Positions 25,551 through 34,669 of a DNA stretch of 38,448 nucleotides are shown here, one piece after another. Under the pieces are notes generated by a model. The model did not search any database. It saw nothing but the letters and a program-made list of their open reading frames with translations, and was not told the origin of the DNA. The translations under genes and the position numbers were made by a program. Each line of letters starts with the position of its first letter. Positions within the stretch are counted from its first letter, which is position 1. Origin of the DNA: a virus (lineage: Duplodnaviria > Caudoviricetes). The stretch is taken from IMG/VR virus record IMGVR_UViG_3300025267_000042, positions 1 through 38,448 of that record. One strand, given 5' to 3'.

Positions 25551-26822
25551 ATGGAACCAGAAGAAATTGAAAGAACGTTACTAAGTGCATTGCAGACTCC
25601 TGAACATCTCAATACTTTGAGACAGACTTATAAACTAACTCCTCGTCATTTCCCGTATTATCCTGAAGAAGCTGTTTTTATTTGGGATTATATCTCGCAG
25701 TATGGAAAGGCTCCGGATTTTAATCTAATTTCAGCTACATTTCCAGAATTTAGGTATACACCAACTGATTCTTTTGATCATATTGCTGAAGTTTTTAGAA
25801 AAGATTTTGTTCGTCGTGGTATTTATTTGGCAATGAATTCTCATGAATCTTCTATTGAAAAAGACGCAGAAGCTGGTATTGTTGGTCTAATTCATCAATT
25901 ACAGAATTTACAACGTCAAGATGATGTAAGTCGTATAGTAATAGATTCTGATGCAGTTAGTAGATTTGAACAGTATCAAAGAAGAGCTGATGGTATTGCT
26001 AATGAACGATTATGGTGGGGAATTGAACCATTTGATAATTTTCCAGTAATGATGCTTCGTGGACAATTATTAGGTATTATTGCCGATACTAAGGTTGGAA
26101 AGTCTTGGTTAGGGCTAAAGATAGCATTAACTAACTATCTTAATGGTCATAAAGTTGTTATTGTATCTCCAGAATTAACTAGGGACTTTATGGAAGCACG
26201 AATTGACACTATATTGGCTTATGATACTGGATTTCCAATATCTCATGAAAAATTACTTTTAGGACAGCCGGGAATTGAAGAAAATTATCAAAAATATCTT
26301 AGTTTAGGAGATCTTAATAGATCCGATCTAATATTTTATCAGTACTTACCTGCTTCTAGATTTACTGTTTCTGCAATAGCTTCTATGATTAAAACAGATA
26401 AACCGGACGTTGTGCTAATTGATGGTATTTATTTAATGGATGATGAAGAACACGGTTCACAATCTTGGGAACAAATTAGAAATGAATGTAAAGGTTTAAA
26501 AACATTAGCAACGGAAAGTAATGTTGCTATGCTGGTCACAAATCAAACATCTAGGAATAGAGATAATAATGAAAGTCTTAGCACTCCTGCACAAGCGTCC
26601 TCGGTTGCCTATGGGTACGATTTCAACCGATTTGTTGATGTACTGGTGTCGATTGGGGGGTCTAAGGATAGTCCTGATATTAGAGAGGTCGCTATACCTC
26701 TCATCCGTAGTGGTCGCCCAGTTAAGGGATCTTACCCGATTTCTTTTGACTCCGATTCGGGTGATATTGGCCGTACCGTTGGAGAAATCGCTCCAATGTC
26801 TCTGGATACTCTCTCTATTTAG
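25551..26822 (+). CDS. dnaB: Replicative DnaB-like (SF4) helicase
   Basis: Walker A IADTKVGKS, catalytic SPEL, Walker B VVLIDGIYLM, LKTLA...V.NQ.SR, downstream R in LIRSG. Confidence 0.9.
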   Translation: MEPEEIERTLLSALQTPEHLNTLRQTYKLTPRHFPYYPEEAVFIWDYISQYGKAPDFNLISATFPEFRYTPTDSFDHIAEVFRKDFVRRGIYLAMNSHESSIEKDAEAGIVGLIHQLQNLQRQDDVSRIVIDSDAVSRFEQYQRRADGIANERLWWGIEPFDNFPVMMLRGQLLGIIADTKVGKSWLGLKIALTNYLNGHKVVIVSPELTRDFMEARIDTILAYDTGFPISHEKLLLGQPGIEENYQKYLSLGDLNRSDLIFYQYLPASRFTVSAIASMIKTDKPDVVLIDGIYLMDDEEHGSQSWEQIRNECKGLKTLATESNVAMLVTNQTSRNRDNNESLSTPAQASSVAYGYDFNRFVDVLVSIGGSKDSPDIREVAIPLIRSGRPVKGSYPISFDSDSGDIGRTVGEIAPMSLDTLSI

Positions 26823-26982
26823 CCTATATATCTCAGTAGTCTCTGGTTTTGTATATGCTGGTTATAAAATTAGTGAACACTCTATATATTTAGGAGTTTG
26901 GACAGTAAGTATCTTATTTTCGGTGTTTACATCGTTTGTTTTATTTTTAATATTGAGTGTGGTTAAACGAGTACCAAGATGA
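26779..26982 (+). CDS. Small two-transmembrane protein (start uncertain: TTG 26779, GTG 26761 or ATG 26521)
   Basis: Fills the dnaB-primase gap, has two hydrophobic helices and a basic tail (KRVPR), and its stop overlaps the primase start (ATGA). Confidence 0.55.
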   Translation: MEKSLQCLWILSLFSLYISVVSGFVYAGYKISEHSIYLGVWTVSILFSVFTSFVLFLILSVVKRVPR

Positions 26983-27887
26983 CAATAGCAGAATTTTTAC
27001 AGAATTGCGGATTAGTTATCACTAAAAATTATGGTGATGAGATTGTAGCGTATTGTCCGTGGCATACTGATACTAATGCCTCGTTAGCTATTAATGTTAG
27101 AAAACCAGCCTATCATTGTTTTAATGGCTGTATTAAAGGTAGAGGAAGTTTAAAGTATTTATTCCAGAAATTAGATCCAGATAGAAATTTATATCAGTTA
27201 TTCTTAGATACGTTTCCAGAACTCTATATTAAAGAATTCTCTTTTCATACTAAACCAAAGGAAGTAATTGATGCTCTATATGATGTTAAAGAACTTCCAT
27301 CAGCGAAGGATAATCAATATTTGTTACAAAGAGGTATTACTAATCAGGCTATTGAAGATTTTGATATTAAATATCATGTAGCATGGAATTCAATTATTGT
27401 ACCTATTTATCAAGAAGGCGAACTATTAGGTAGTGTACAAAGAAATATAAATAAGAACCCAAAATATGTTAATAGTAAGGGAATGGATCGAGATAGGGCA
27501 GTATTTCCTTTAGATAAAGTACAACCAACAGATAATAAGGTTATGCTAGTTGAAGGTTTATTTGATGCTATTAAAGCACATCAACAGGGGGTGAGGAATG
27601 TAGTATGTACATTTGGTGGCAATGTTTCACACACACAGGCTAAAACATTAGGTGCTTTGGCAAGAACAGTAGTGATTGTTCCTGATAAGGACACTAGTGG
27701 TATAAAAATGGCGTATAAAACTACTGAAACATTGATGAATCTAGGCTTAAAGGTTGAATATTGTTTTGCTCCGGGATCAGCTAAAGATTTTGGAGATGTA
27801 AATGATTTTAGTCAGTTACAATATCATAGTTATTGGAAATTAAAAGCGTTAAAAATAAATTTAAATTGTTTAATGGAGAAATCATAA
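26979..27887 (+). CDS. dnaG: DnaG-type DNA primase
   Basis: CHC2 zinc finger CPWH.D...S..IN....YHCFNGC; YLLQRGI; PKYVNS; TOPRIM LVEGLFDA and PDKDTSG; KDFGD. Confidence 0.92.
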   Translation: MTIAEFLQNCGLVITKNYGDEIVAYCPWHTDTNASLAINVRKPAYHCFNGCIKGRGSLKYLFQKLDPDRNLYQLFLDTFPELYIKEFSFHTKPKEVIDALYDVKELPSAKDNQYLLQRGITNQAIEDFDIKYHVAWNSIIVPIYQEGELLGSVQRNINKNPKYVNSKGMDRDRAVFPLDKVQPTDNKVMLVEGLFDAIKAHQQGVRNVVCTFGGNVSHTQAKTLGALARTVVIVPDKDTSGIKMAYKTTETLMNLGLKVEYCFAPGSAKDFGDVNDFSQLQYHSYWKLKALKINLNCLMEKS

Positions 27888-27888
27888 T

Positions 27889-28698
27889 ATGCCAATTCTT
27901 TCAAAAGGTACTTTTCAACAAAATTATAATTCAGACTCCGGTACAAATGACTTTAGAAATCCTAAATCTATATGGCGTAATACTGTCCGAATTAGGCCGG
28001 GAGAATTTGCCGTAATTAAGTTTGTTACTGATTTTATTAGTGGTGATATGAGTAAATTTCACGGTATTCCGGGTATGACGGCTAAGGGACAGCAGTTTAC
28101 GTCTTATGAATACTGTAATCGGTTAAATGTAAATATGGATGACGGTACTCAAATAGTTAGTGGTACTTGTGAACATTGTGGTTCTGCTGATGAGCGTATT
28201 GCTAAAACAACTAGTCGTTATCTGACATGGGTGCTTCATTATGGATCATTTCATGTAGACCAAAATCCTTTTTATGATGGACAACGAGAGGATCAGGTTG
28301 CGTGGGATCAGGTTAAAAAGGGAAATAAAGTCTTCTTTAAAGAAAATGTTAAAAAGCCCCAATTATTGAATACTAGCTATACTTTATTTAAAAATATTGA
28401 AGAAAAGTATGATAGGTATAGTACATTACTAGATCGAACTTTTGATTATAGTAGTAGCCGTCCCTCTAATATTACTCAATATAATTTGGAATTAAGTGAT
28501 ACTAATATTCAGAATGACTTCTCTCAAGAAATTATAGATATGGCTACTGATCTCCCCGATTTGGAAAAAATAGCTGCAAAATTAATTGTAGAGGTTGATC
28601 TTCCAATACTAGGAGAACCAGCGGAACAGTCAGTTACAGCACAAAAATACGAAGATGCTTTCGCAAATATGGCAAATTTAACAAATGAGGAATTATAA
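27889..28698 (+). CDS. Probable single-stranded DNA-binding protein (gp32-like, Zn-binding)
   Basis: Position in the replication operon; H...C...CEHC metal ligands; aromatic beta core; acidic C-terminal tail. Confidence 0.55.
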   Translation: MPILSKGTFQQNYNSDSGTNDFRNPKSIWRNTVRIRPGEFAVIKFVTDFISGDMSKFHGIPGMTAKGQQFTSYEYCNRLNVNMDDGTQIVSGTCEHCGSADERIAKTTSRYLTWVLHYGSFHVDQNPFYDGQREDQVAWDQVKKGNKVFFKENVKKPQLLNTSYTLFKNIEEKYDRYSTLLDRTFDYSSSRPSNITQYNLELSDTNIQNDFSQEIIDMATDLPDLEKIAAKLIVEVDLPILGEPAEQSVTAQKYEDAFANMANLTNEEL

Positions 28699-28700
28699 AA

Positions 28701-29009
28701 ATGGCTAAGGTTTCAGTTGAATTAGGTTTAACATTAAAAATGAGTACAGGTGGTGGATATAACTTCTTTCGGCCTTCTATAACTATTGCAGATATAGATA
28801 CTGAACAAGAGGTAAAACCTCAAATAGATAGAGCACTTGAAGTTGTGAATGAGGCATGGGCAGAAGTAGAAGAGTCTATGTCTAAGATTATTACTGCTTC
28901 AGATGTTACAGAAAATGAATCTTTACTGGTAGAACTTGGTAGAAGAATGACTTCAATGGAAGAACAATTGTCTACAGTTGCAAAAGGTAAAACAACGGCA
29001 GGATTTTAA
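28701..29009 (+). CDS. Hypothetical protein
   Basis: GAGG RBS, tight operon packing, beta-beta-helix pattern. Confidence 0.7.
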   Translation: MAKVSVELGLTLKMSTGGGYNFFRPSITIADIDTEQEVKPQIDRALEVVNEAWAEVEESMSKIITASDVTENESLLVELGRRMTSMEEQLSTVAKGKTTAGF

Positions 29010-30085
29010 TGGTTACTGTTAAGCGTAGTGAGTTAGAAAAGAAGTTATCTGTGATAACTTCTTCTCTACCCTCAATTTCAACAGCCCCTTTATTAGGGCG
29101 TAATATCAATGGACTATTAACTTTTTGGCAAGATAGTTATATGCCTATTTGGGATTCAGTATCATCAGAAGGTAATGAAGAGTTTGAATTCTCTGTAGAT
29201 CCTTCTCAATTTGGTATGGTAGTTAATAAATTTAAGAGTGCTACTCTTGATCTTAATATAAATTCTAAAAAGGCTATGATTATCTCTTCTGGTAAATCTA
29301 AAGTTACAGTCCCATATCGTGATGGGCCATATGATGAGATACCCGAAGCACCTATAATGGAAATAAGTTGTACTGTGGGTAGAGATTTTCTTAAAGCATT
29401 AGCAAAATCAAAAGATTTTGTTTCTAAAACTTATGAGAATATGGGATTAACATATTCTTATATTGGGCATAGAAATGGAGAATTCTTTATCACTGGTGCA
29501 GGAACTATCTATCAATATGCAACTTTTGTCCCTTTTATTGGAGAAATTTTGCCTGATGTAATAGTTCCTCCACAATATGCATCAATAGCTCCACGATTGT
29601 TTGCTAGTGAGTCAGTACAAATAGGATTATCAGATCGTCAACAAGTGGTAATGTCAGATGGATCTACGATTATTTATACTCGTAGTGCGAATGAAACTTA
29701 TCCTACTACCGCATTTCAATTAGCAGATGCAGAAGGAGAACTTTTATTTACGTCAAATAAAAAGGTTTTATTAGAATCCTTACGTCTTGCATTAACAACT
29801 ACTAAAGAAGATATGGTTGGTCTTAGCGGAAGTGATGGTAAGTTAGAGTTATATATTCCTAATGCTGTTTTAGAAGCAGATTTAATAGTTGAAGATGTTT
29901 CTATTGTTCAGGACTTTTCTCGTAGCTATTTTTCTCTTCCTTTTCTCATTAAATGTATTAATTCATTTGATGAAGATGAAATAAAAGTGGAATTATTACC
30001 TAGATTTAATGGAGCGTTTAGAATTGGTACAAAATCAGATAAAGAAATTACCGTCCTACAGTCTATATCCTACCTCGAACCTTGA
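29009..30085 (+). CDS. dnaN: DNA polymerase sliding clamp (beta subunit-like)
   Basis: 358 aa with three-domain clamp-like pattern (VKRSELEKKL, VIVPPQ, TYP, KKVLLESLRLA, FSLPFLIKCINSFDEDEIKVEL); directly upstream of the polymerase. Confidence 0.7.
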   Translation: MVTVKRSELEKKLSVITSSLPSISTAPLLGRNINGLLTFWQDSYMPIWDSVSSEGNEEFEFSVDPSQFGMVVNKFKSATLDLNINSKKAMIISSGKSKVTVPYRDGPYDEIPEAPIMEISCTVGRDFLKALAKSKDFVSKTYENMGLTYSYIGHRNGEFFITGAGTIYQYATFVPFIGEILPDVIVPPQYASIAPRLFASESVQIGLSDRQQVVMSDGSTIIYTRSANETYPTTAFQLADAEGELLFTSNKKVLLESLRLALTTTKEDMVGLSGSDGKLELYIPNAVLEADLIVEDVSIVQDFSRSYFSLPFLIKCINSFDEDEIKVELLPRFNGAFRIGTKSDKEITVLQSISYLEP

Positions 30086-31775
30086 TGACCTAAGAGATTC
30101 AATTCTAGGAAGTAAGGATCAGTATGTAGCGGTTGATACAGAAACTACAGGATTACATTGGACTTCTGATAAAGCTTTCGGAATGTCTTTAGCATGGGAT
30201 GATAAGGCTACTTTTATTCGTAATACTGATTATGGTGTTGAGAATATGGGTAGGTTTATTAATGATATTTTTGCTTCTACTGTAAAAACTTTTATCTTTC
30301 ATAATGCAGAATTTGATTTGCATATGCTAAGAGAGACATATGGAGCAAAAGTTCCATTAGATATTCTTGATACTCAAAGACTATCTCATTTATATGATCC
30401 TCGTCCTCCACATGGTTTAAAGGAGTTAGGGGAATTATATTTTGGACCTGCTGCTGGAGCAGCAGAGGATACTATTAAAGAATATATGAGACAGTATAGG
30501 TTGAAAGGGTATCATCAAGTTCCAGCAGAGTTTATGGATGAATATGCAGCTTTAGATACTGTAATAACTAAGGCTCTTGCTCATCATTTTATAGATCAAA
30601 TTATGGCTGAATGTAAAACATTATGTAATGTTGAACATAAGTTGATTCCAGTACTTCTTAAAATGGAACAAAATGGTTTAAAGGTTAATACTGAATATGT
30701 AAATCAATTACTTAAAGAATTTAGAGTTGAACAAAGATTTATACAGGATGAAATCTATAATATAGTTGGAAGACCAATTGGTATAAGTTCGACTAAGCAG
30801 TTACAAGAGTATTTTTATGATTGTTTGAAAATAGAGCCTCCAATTGAGACTAATACAGGTCAACGTAGTGTTGATAAAAAGGCTCTAGCTAAAATTAAAC
30901 ATCCTATTGGTACTAAAGTAGCGGAATTAATATTACGTTGGAGAGACTTAGATAAAGATGCTTCTACATATCTAGAACCTTATAAAGATTTAGAAGGTAG
31001 AGTGCATCCACATTGGAATGCTACTGGAACTCGCACTGGAAGATTTTCTAGTAGTAGTCCTAATCTTCAGAATGTCCCTAAAGACGATAAAATTAGAAGA
31101 ATGTTTATTCCTGATGATGAATATTTCGATTTTGATTTCTCTCAGATTGAATTACGTTTAATGGCGGATTTTTCCGGCCAGACTAATATGATTGATGCTT
31201 TTAAGGGTAATAAAGATTTACATGGTATGACAGCTTCCTTAGTGTTTAATAAAACTGAGGATCAAATCTCAAAAGAAGAACGTCAGATTGGTAAGCATCT
31301 GAATTTTAGTGTAATTTATGGTTCTGGTAGTAGGGGTATTCAAGAAAAATTAGGACTTTCAAAGACCCAATCAGATACTATTATTAATCATTATTATAGT
31401 GCTTATCCTCAAATTCGTGCTCAAGCTAATTATTTTAAATTAGAAGGAGAACGAAATGGATTTGTTAGGACAGCTTTCGGAAGAAAGTTGCCTGTTGACC
31501 CAGAAAAGGCTTTTGCAGCTACTAATTATCTAATTCAAGGTACTGCTGCGGATATAATGAAAATTGCTTTGTTAAAAACTGCTCGTTATGTAGATTCTGT
31601 TGGTGGAAAAATTTGTAATATTGTTCATGATCAGATTTTATTTGATGAAGTAGATGAAGTAAAAGGTGAAGAGTTAAGAACTATTATGGAAGATTTTAAT
31701 CTTCCATCAGGAATACCATTAAAAGCTGATCTACAAAGATCAACGGTTTCGTGGGGAGATTTAGTACATGAGTGA
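30009..31775 (+). CDS. polA: Family A DNA polymerase with 3'-5' exonuclease
   Basis: ExoI VAVDTETTGL, ExoII HNAEFDL, ExoIII YAALD, TRTGRFSSSSPNLQN, motif A DFSQIELR, motif B RQIGKHLNFSVIYG, NYLIQGTAADIMK, motif C VHDQ. No 5'-3' exonuclease domain. Confidence 0.95.
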   Translation: MERLELVQNQIKKLPSYSLYPTSNLDDLRDSILGSKDQYVAVDTETTGLHWTSDKAFGMSLAWDDKATFIRNTDYGVENMGRFINDIFASTVKTFIFHNAEFDLHMLRETYGAKVPLDILDTQRLSHLYDPRPPHGLKELGELYFGPAAGAAEDTIKEYMRQYRLKGYHQVPAEFMDEYAALDTVITKALAHHFIDQIMAECKTLCNVEHKLIPVLLKMEQNGLKVNTEYVNQLLKEFRVEQRFIQDEIYNIVGRPIGISSTKQLQEYFYDCLKIEPPIETNTGQRSVDKKALAKIKHPIGTKVAELILRWRDLDKDASTYLEPYKDLEGRVHPHWNATGTRTGRFSSSSPNLQNVPKDDKIRRMFIPDDEYFDFDFSQIELRLMADFSGQTNMIDAFKGNKDLHGMTASLVFNKTEDQISKEERQIGKHLNFSVIYGSGSRGIQEKLGLSKTQSDTIINHYYSAYPQIRAQANYFKLEGERNGFVRTAFGRKLPVDPEKAFAATNYLIQGTAADIMKIALLKTARYVDSVGGKICNIVHDQILFDEVDEVKGEELRTIMEDFNLPSGIPLKADLQRSTVSWGDLVHE

Positions 31776-32730
31776 TGTAAATACTATAGTAACAGCTATT
31801 AATAAAGAGCTTAAAACTAATCTAGTAGTTGGTGACGATGAGGCGTTAGATACAATTAGAATTCCTACAGGGATGCCAGCATTAGACAATATGCTAGGTG
31901 GTGGTGTTCCTAGACAAGCGGTAACAGAATTATTTGGCTATCAATCATCTGGTAAAACATATATATCTCAGAGAATCATTGCTTATGCTCAATCTTTAGG
32001 ATATACATGTGGATTTATTGATGCAGAATTTAGTTATGATCCTGAATGGTCAGCTAATGTGGGTATTAATACCCATGATTTGATAGTTTCTCGCCCAGAT
32101 ACAGGTGAATTAGCGTTAGATGTCCTATTAAAGTTATGTGAGCAGGGTGTAGATATAGTTGTTCTTGACTCTATTGCTGCTTTATTACCAACTGCAGAAG
32201 CTAAAGAATCAATGGATCATCTAAGTATTGGTTTACAGGCTAGATTGATGAATCAATTATTTAGAAAACTAGCACCTGTGAATTCAAAAACTGCTGTGAT
32301 CTTGATTAATCAAATCCGGGCAGGAATTGGTGGATATATTACTAGAGATGCGTTGCCGGGTGGTAAAGGACAAGAGTTCTTTGCACGAATTATGGTACGA
32401 GTTAGAAAAGGGGAGACTATTGGAGATCAAAAGAGTCCTCAAGGGTTCTTTATAGAAATGAAAGCTGAAAAGAATAAGACATATACACCACTTTTAACCG
32501 CATCCGTACCTTTTTACTATACAGGTATGCCAGATCCTATTTATGAAGCATTTATGATGGCTACTGATTTGAATATAGTTGTTAGGAATGGTCCTCAATA
32601 TTCATATCCTGATAAAATAACAGGAGAAGTATTACATAAGGCGTTAGGTCGAGAAAAATTCTTACAATTAATGAAAGATGAAGAAAGTCTTTTTGAATCT
32701 ATAGAAAAGGAAATAAAGAGTGCAGTATGA
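31768..32730 (+). CDS. recA: RecA-family recombinase
   Basis: IPTG..ALD..LGGG.P, Walker A GYQSSGKT, FIDAE, VVLDSIAAL, IGLQARLM, INQIR, PGGK. Confidence 0.95.
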   Translation: MSDVNTIVTAINKELKTNLVVGDDEALDTIRIPTGMPALDNMLGGGVPRQAVTELFGYQSSGKTYISQRIIAYAQSLGYTCGFIDAEFSYDPEWSANVGINTHDLIVSRPDTGELALDVLLKLCEQGVDIVVLDSIAALLPTAEAKESMDHLSIGLQARLMNQLFRKLAPVNSKTAVILINQIRAGIGGYITRDALPGGKGQEFFARIMVRVRKGETIGDQKSPQGFFIEMKAEKNKTYTPLLTASVPFYYTGMPDPIYEAFMMATDLNIVVRNGPQYSYPDKITGEVLHKALGREKFLQLMKDEESLFESIEKEIKSAV

Positions 32731-33188
32731 CAACAGTTCAAGGTTTAGCAGAAGATTTACACGATATTCTAAGTAGTTTTAGTAGTATGTTAGAAGGTGT
32801 TTATCACGTTGATGATGAATTAGCTGCAGTTATAGCAGATAAATTCGCAGATCGTCTTCGTAATGACGTTAGGGCTATTTATGCTGAAATGACCGGAGAG
32901 ATTAGTGAAGGGTTAAAAAAACCTGCTAAGAAAAAGAGAACTCGTAAGGTTAAATTTGAGACTGAATCATTGCAACAATCTGATGTGATGTTGGAGCCAG
33001 ATAGATCTATTGGTCAGGAAGAGCTTCCAGCTCAAGATAGTACGTTACTTCATGCAGAAGATGCAGGTGATGTAGATATGCTAGCAGAACGATTACTACG
33101 TAATACTCGTGTGACTGATCGTTCTGGCGTAAGTAATACGTCTAATTGGGATACTAATAATCCTACTATGAAGCGAATTGGTGAATGA
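32727..33188 (+). CDS. Hypothetical protein
   Basis: ATGA coupling at both ends; helical N-terminus, basic KKPAKKKRTRKVK linker, low-complexity tail. Confidence 0.7.
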   Translation: MTTVQGLAEDLHDILSSFSSMLEGVYHVDDELAAVIADKFADRLRNDVRAIYAEMTGEISEGLKKPAKKKRTRKVKFETESLQQSDVMLEPDRSIGQEELPAQDSTLLHAEDAGDVDMLAERLLRNTRVTDRSGVSNTSNWDTNNPTMKRIGE

Positions 33189-33505
33189 GGCCAGAACCTA
33201 GAAAAAAAGATACGCCAGAGCAGTTTAAGATGGCTGAATGGGTTAAAGAAGCTGGTTTTGGCAGTATATTGGAACAAGATTTTGAACCATATGTGGTAGA
33301 TATCTATATACCTGATTTATTATTAGGATTAGAGATCGATGGCCCATATCATATGAAACGTAGAGATGCTATTAGAGATGAATATATAAAAGATAATTAT
33401 AAAATAGATATATGGAGATTTCCTTTAAAGGAAGTTAAAACATCTTTAAAAGACGAATTTATAAACAGATTAATTTTATATGCACAGGAGCAAATAAATG
33501 CCTAA
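33185..33505 (+). CDS. DUF559/Vsr-like PD-(D/E)XK endonuclease
   Basis: T.EQ...EQDFEPYVVDIYIPDLLLGLEIDGPYH...DAIRDEYI. Confidence 0.8.
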   Translation: MRPEPRKKDTPEQFKMAEWVKEAGFGSILEQDFEPYVVDIYIPDLLLGLEIDGPYHMKRRDAIRDEYIKDNYKIDIWRFPLKEVKTSLKDEFINRLILYAQEQINA

Positions 33506-34190
33506 ATTAAGTCAATTAATACAAGATAGAGAAAAACATTGGATTGAAAGTGCTTTTGATAATTATGATCAAACTACATTAAGAGAGCCTTATGTTAGAA
33601 CTCACTTTAGTCCTTCTCAGGCTCATATGTGTCCACGAGCGTTGTATTACCATATGTTAGGTTATGACCAAGATCCAGTGGCTGCTCAAAGTTTACGAAG
33701 AATGGGAGTTGGTACAGTTTTTCACGAGTTTATTGAAAAAAAGTTAACTGAAACTGGGTTATTAGTATCATCTGAAGAAGAGATAACTTATGATGATCCT
33801 CCAATTAGGGGTTTTTATGATGCTGTTATTAAACGTCCTTCTGATGAAAAAAATATATTACTAGAATTAAAATCAATGGCAGAGCCTAAAAATCCTAAAT
33901 ATGCTCAATATTTACCTCGTCATGATCATCTTATTCAATGGAATCTTTATTCATTAATGACAGGTATAGACGAAGGTATTATTTTCTATATTAATAAGAA
34001 TAATCAACAATATATTATTTGTGAAACTGAACGTAACGAATCTATTATTGAAGCTACTTTAGAAAAATTTAGATTAGTTCAAGATTATATAAAACGTGGG
34101 GAAATGGTTCCGTATCAACCAGAGTGGAAACATGATTGGTGTAATTTTAAGGTTACATGTGAACGAGATCATTTTATAAAAGGTCAATAA
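33498..34190 (+). CDS. Cas4-like (RecB-family) exonuclease
   Basis: FSPS....CPR.LYY, G..FHE, IRGFYDAVI, LELKS, Q...Y, C-terminal HDWCNFKVTC. Confidence 0.85.
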   Translation: MPKLSQLIQDREKHWIESAFDNYDQTTLREPYVRTHFSPSQAHMCPRALYYHMLGYDQDPVAAQSLRRMGVGTVFHEFIEKKLTETGLLVSSEEEITYDDPPIRGFYDAVIKRPSDEKNILLELKSMAEPKNPKYAQYLPRHDHLIQWNLYSLMTGIDEGIIFYINKNNQQYIICETERNESIIEATLEKFRLVQDYIKRGEMVPYQPEWKHDWCNFKVTCERDHFIKGQ

Positions 34191-34669
34191 TGGTTAAAGT
34201 ATCAGAATTCCGTAAACAAGCTACTGATCTACATACAATAGATACTAAGTATCCTGTTCCTGAACGTCCAGAAGGTGATCATAGTTATAAATTTCCTTCT
34301 AATGCTGATATGCTATCAGATGTTCAATTAGATGATTGGCTGTTATTTCTTGGTGGTTGGAGAGGATACTTAGGATGGCAAATATCTCGTGTTGATGGAG
34401 AGATATCTATTTTATCTGAAGGTTTTGATTTGATGTTATCTGCTAAGATTGCTTTTTTAGAGAAAGATTCTGATAAGAAATTACTTAAAGAGTCTTTGAA
34501 AGGTTTGGCATTATCGGATGATGAAGAATTACAAAATCTTAAATTACGAGTTATTGAATTAAATGGATCATTAAAGCTTCTTAAAGGTAGATTTAGCTTA
34601 TATGATACTCAATTTGAGACTATCAGTCGATTAGTAACTAGACGAGGACAAGAACGATTTAAGTCATGA
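34190..34669 (+). CDS. Helical protein, possibly a recombination mediator (UvsY-like role)
   Basis: Long coiled-coil ending ISRLVTRR, within the RecA/nuclease/resolvase block. Function is inferred from context only. Confidence 0.4.
   Translation: MVKVSEFRKQATDLHTIDTKYPVPERPEGDHSYKFPSNADMLSDVQLDDWLLFLGGWRGYLGWQISRVDGEISILSEGFDLMLSAKIAFLEKDSDKKLLKESLKGLALSDDEELQNLKLRVIELNGSLKLLKGRFSLYDTQFETISRLVTRRGQERFKS

Noticed and set aside
33498-34190. CRISPR-Cas locus
   Set aside because: Only a solo Cas4-like nuclease; no repeat-spacer array or other cas genes seen.
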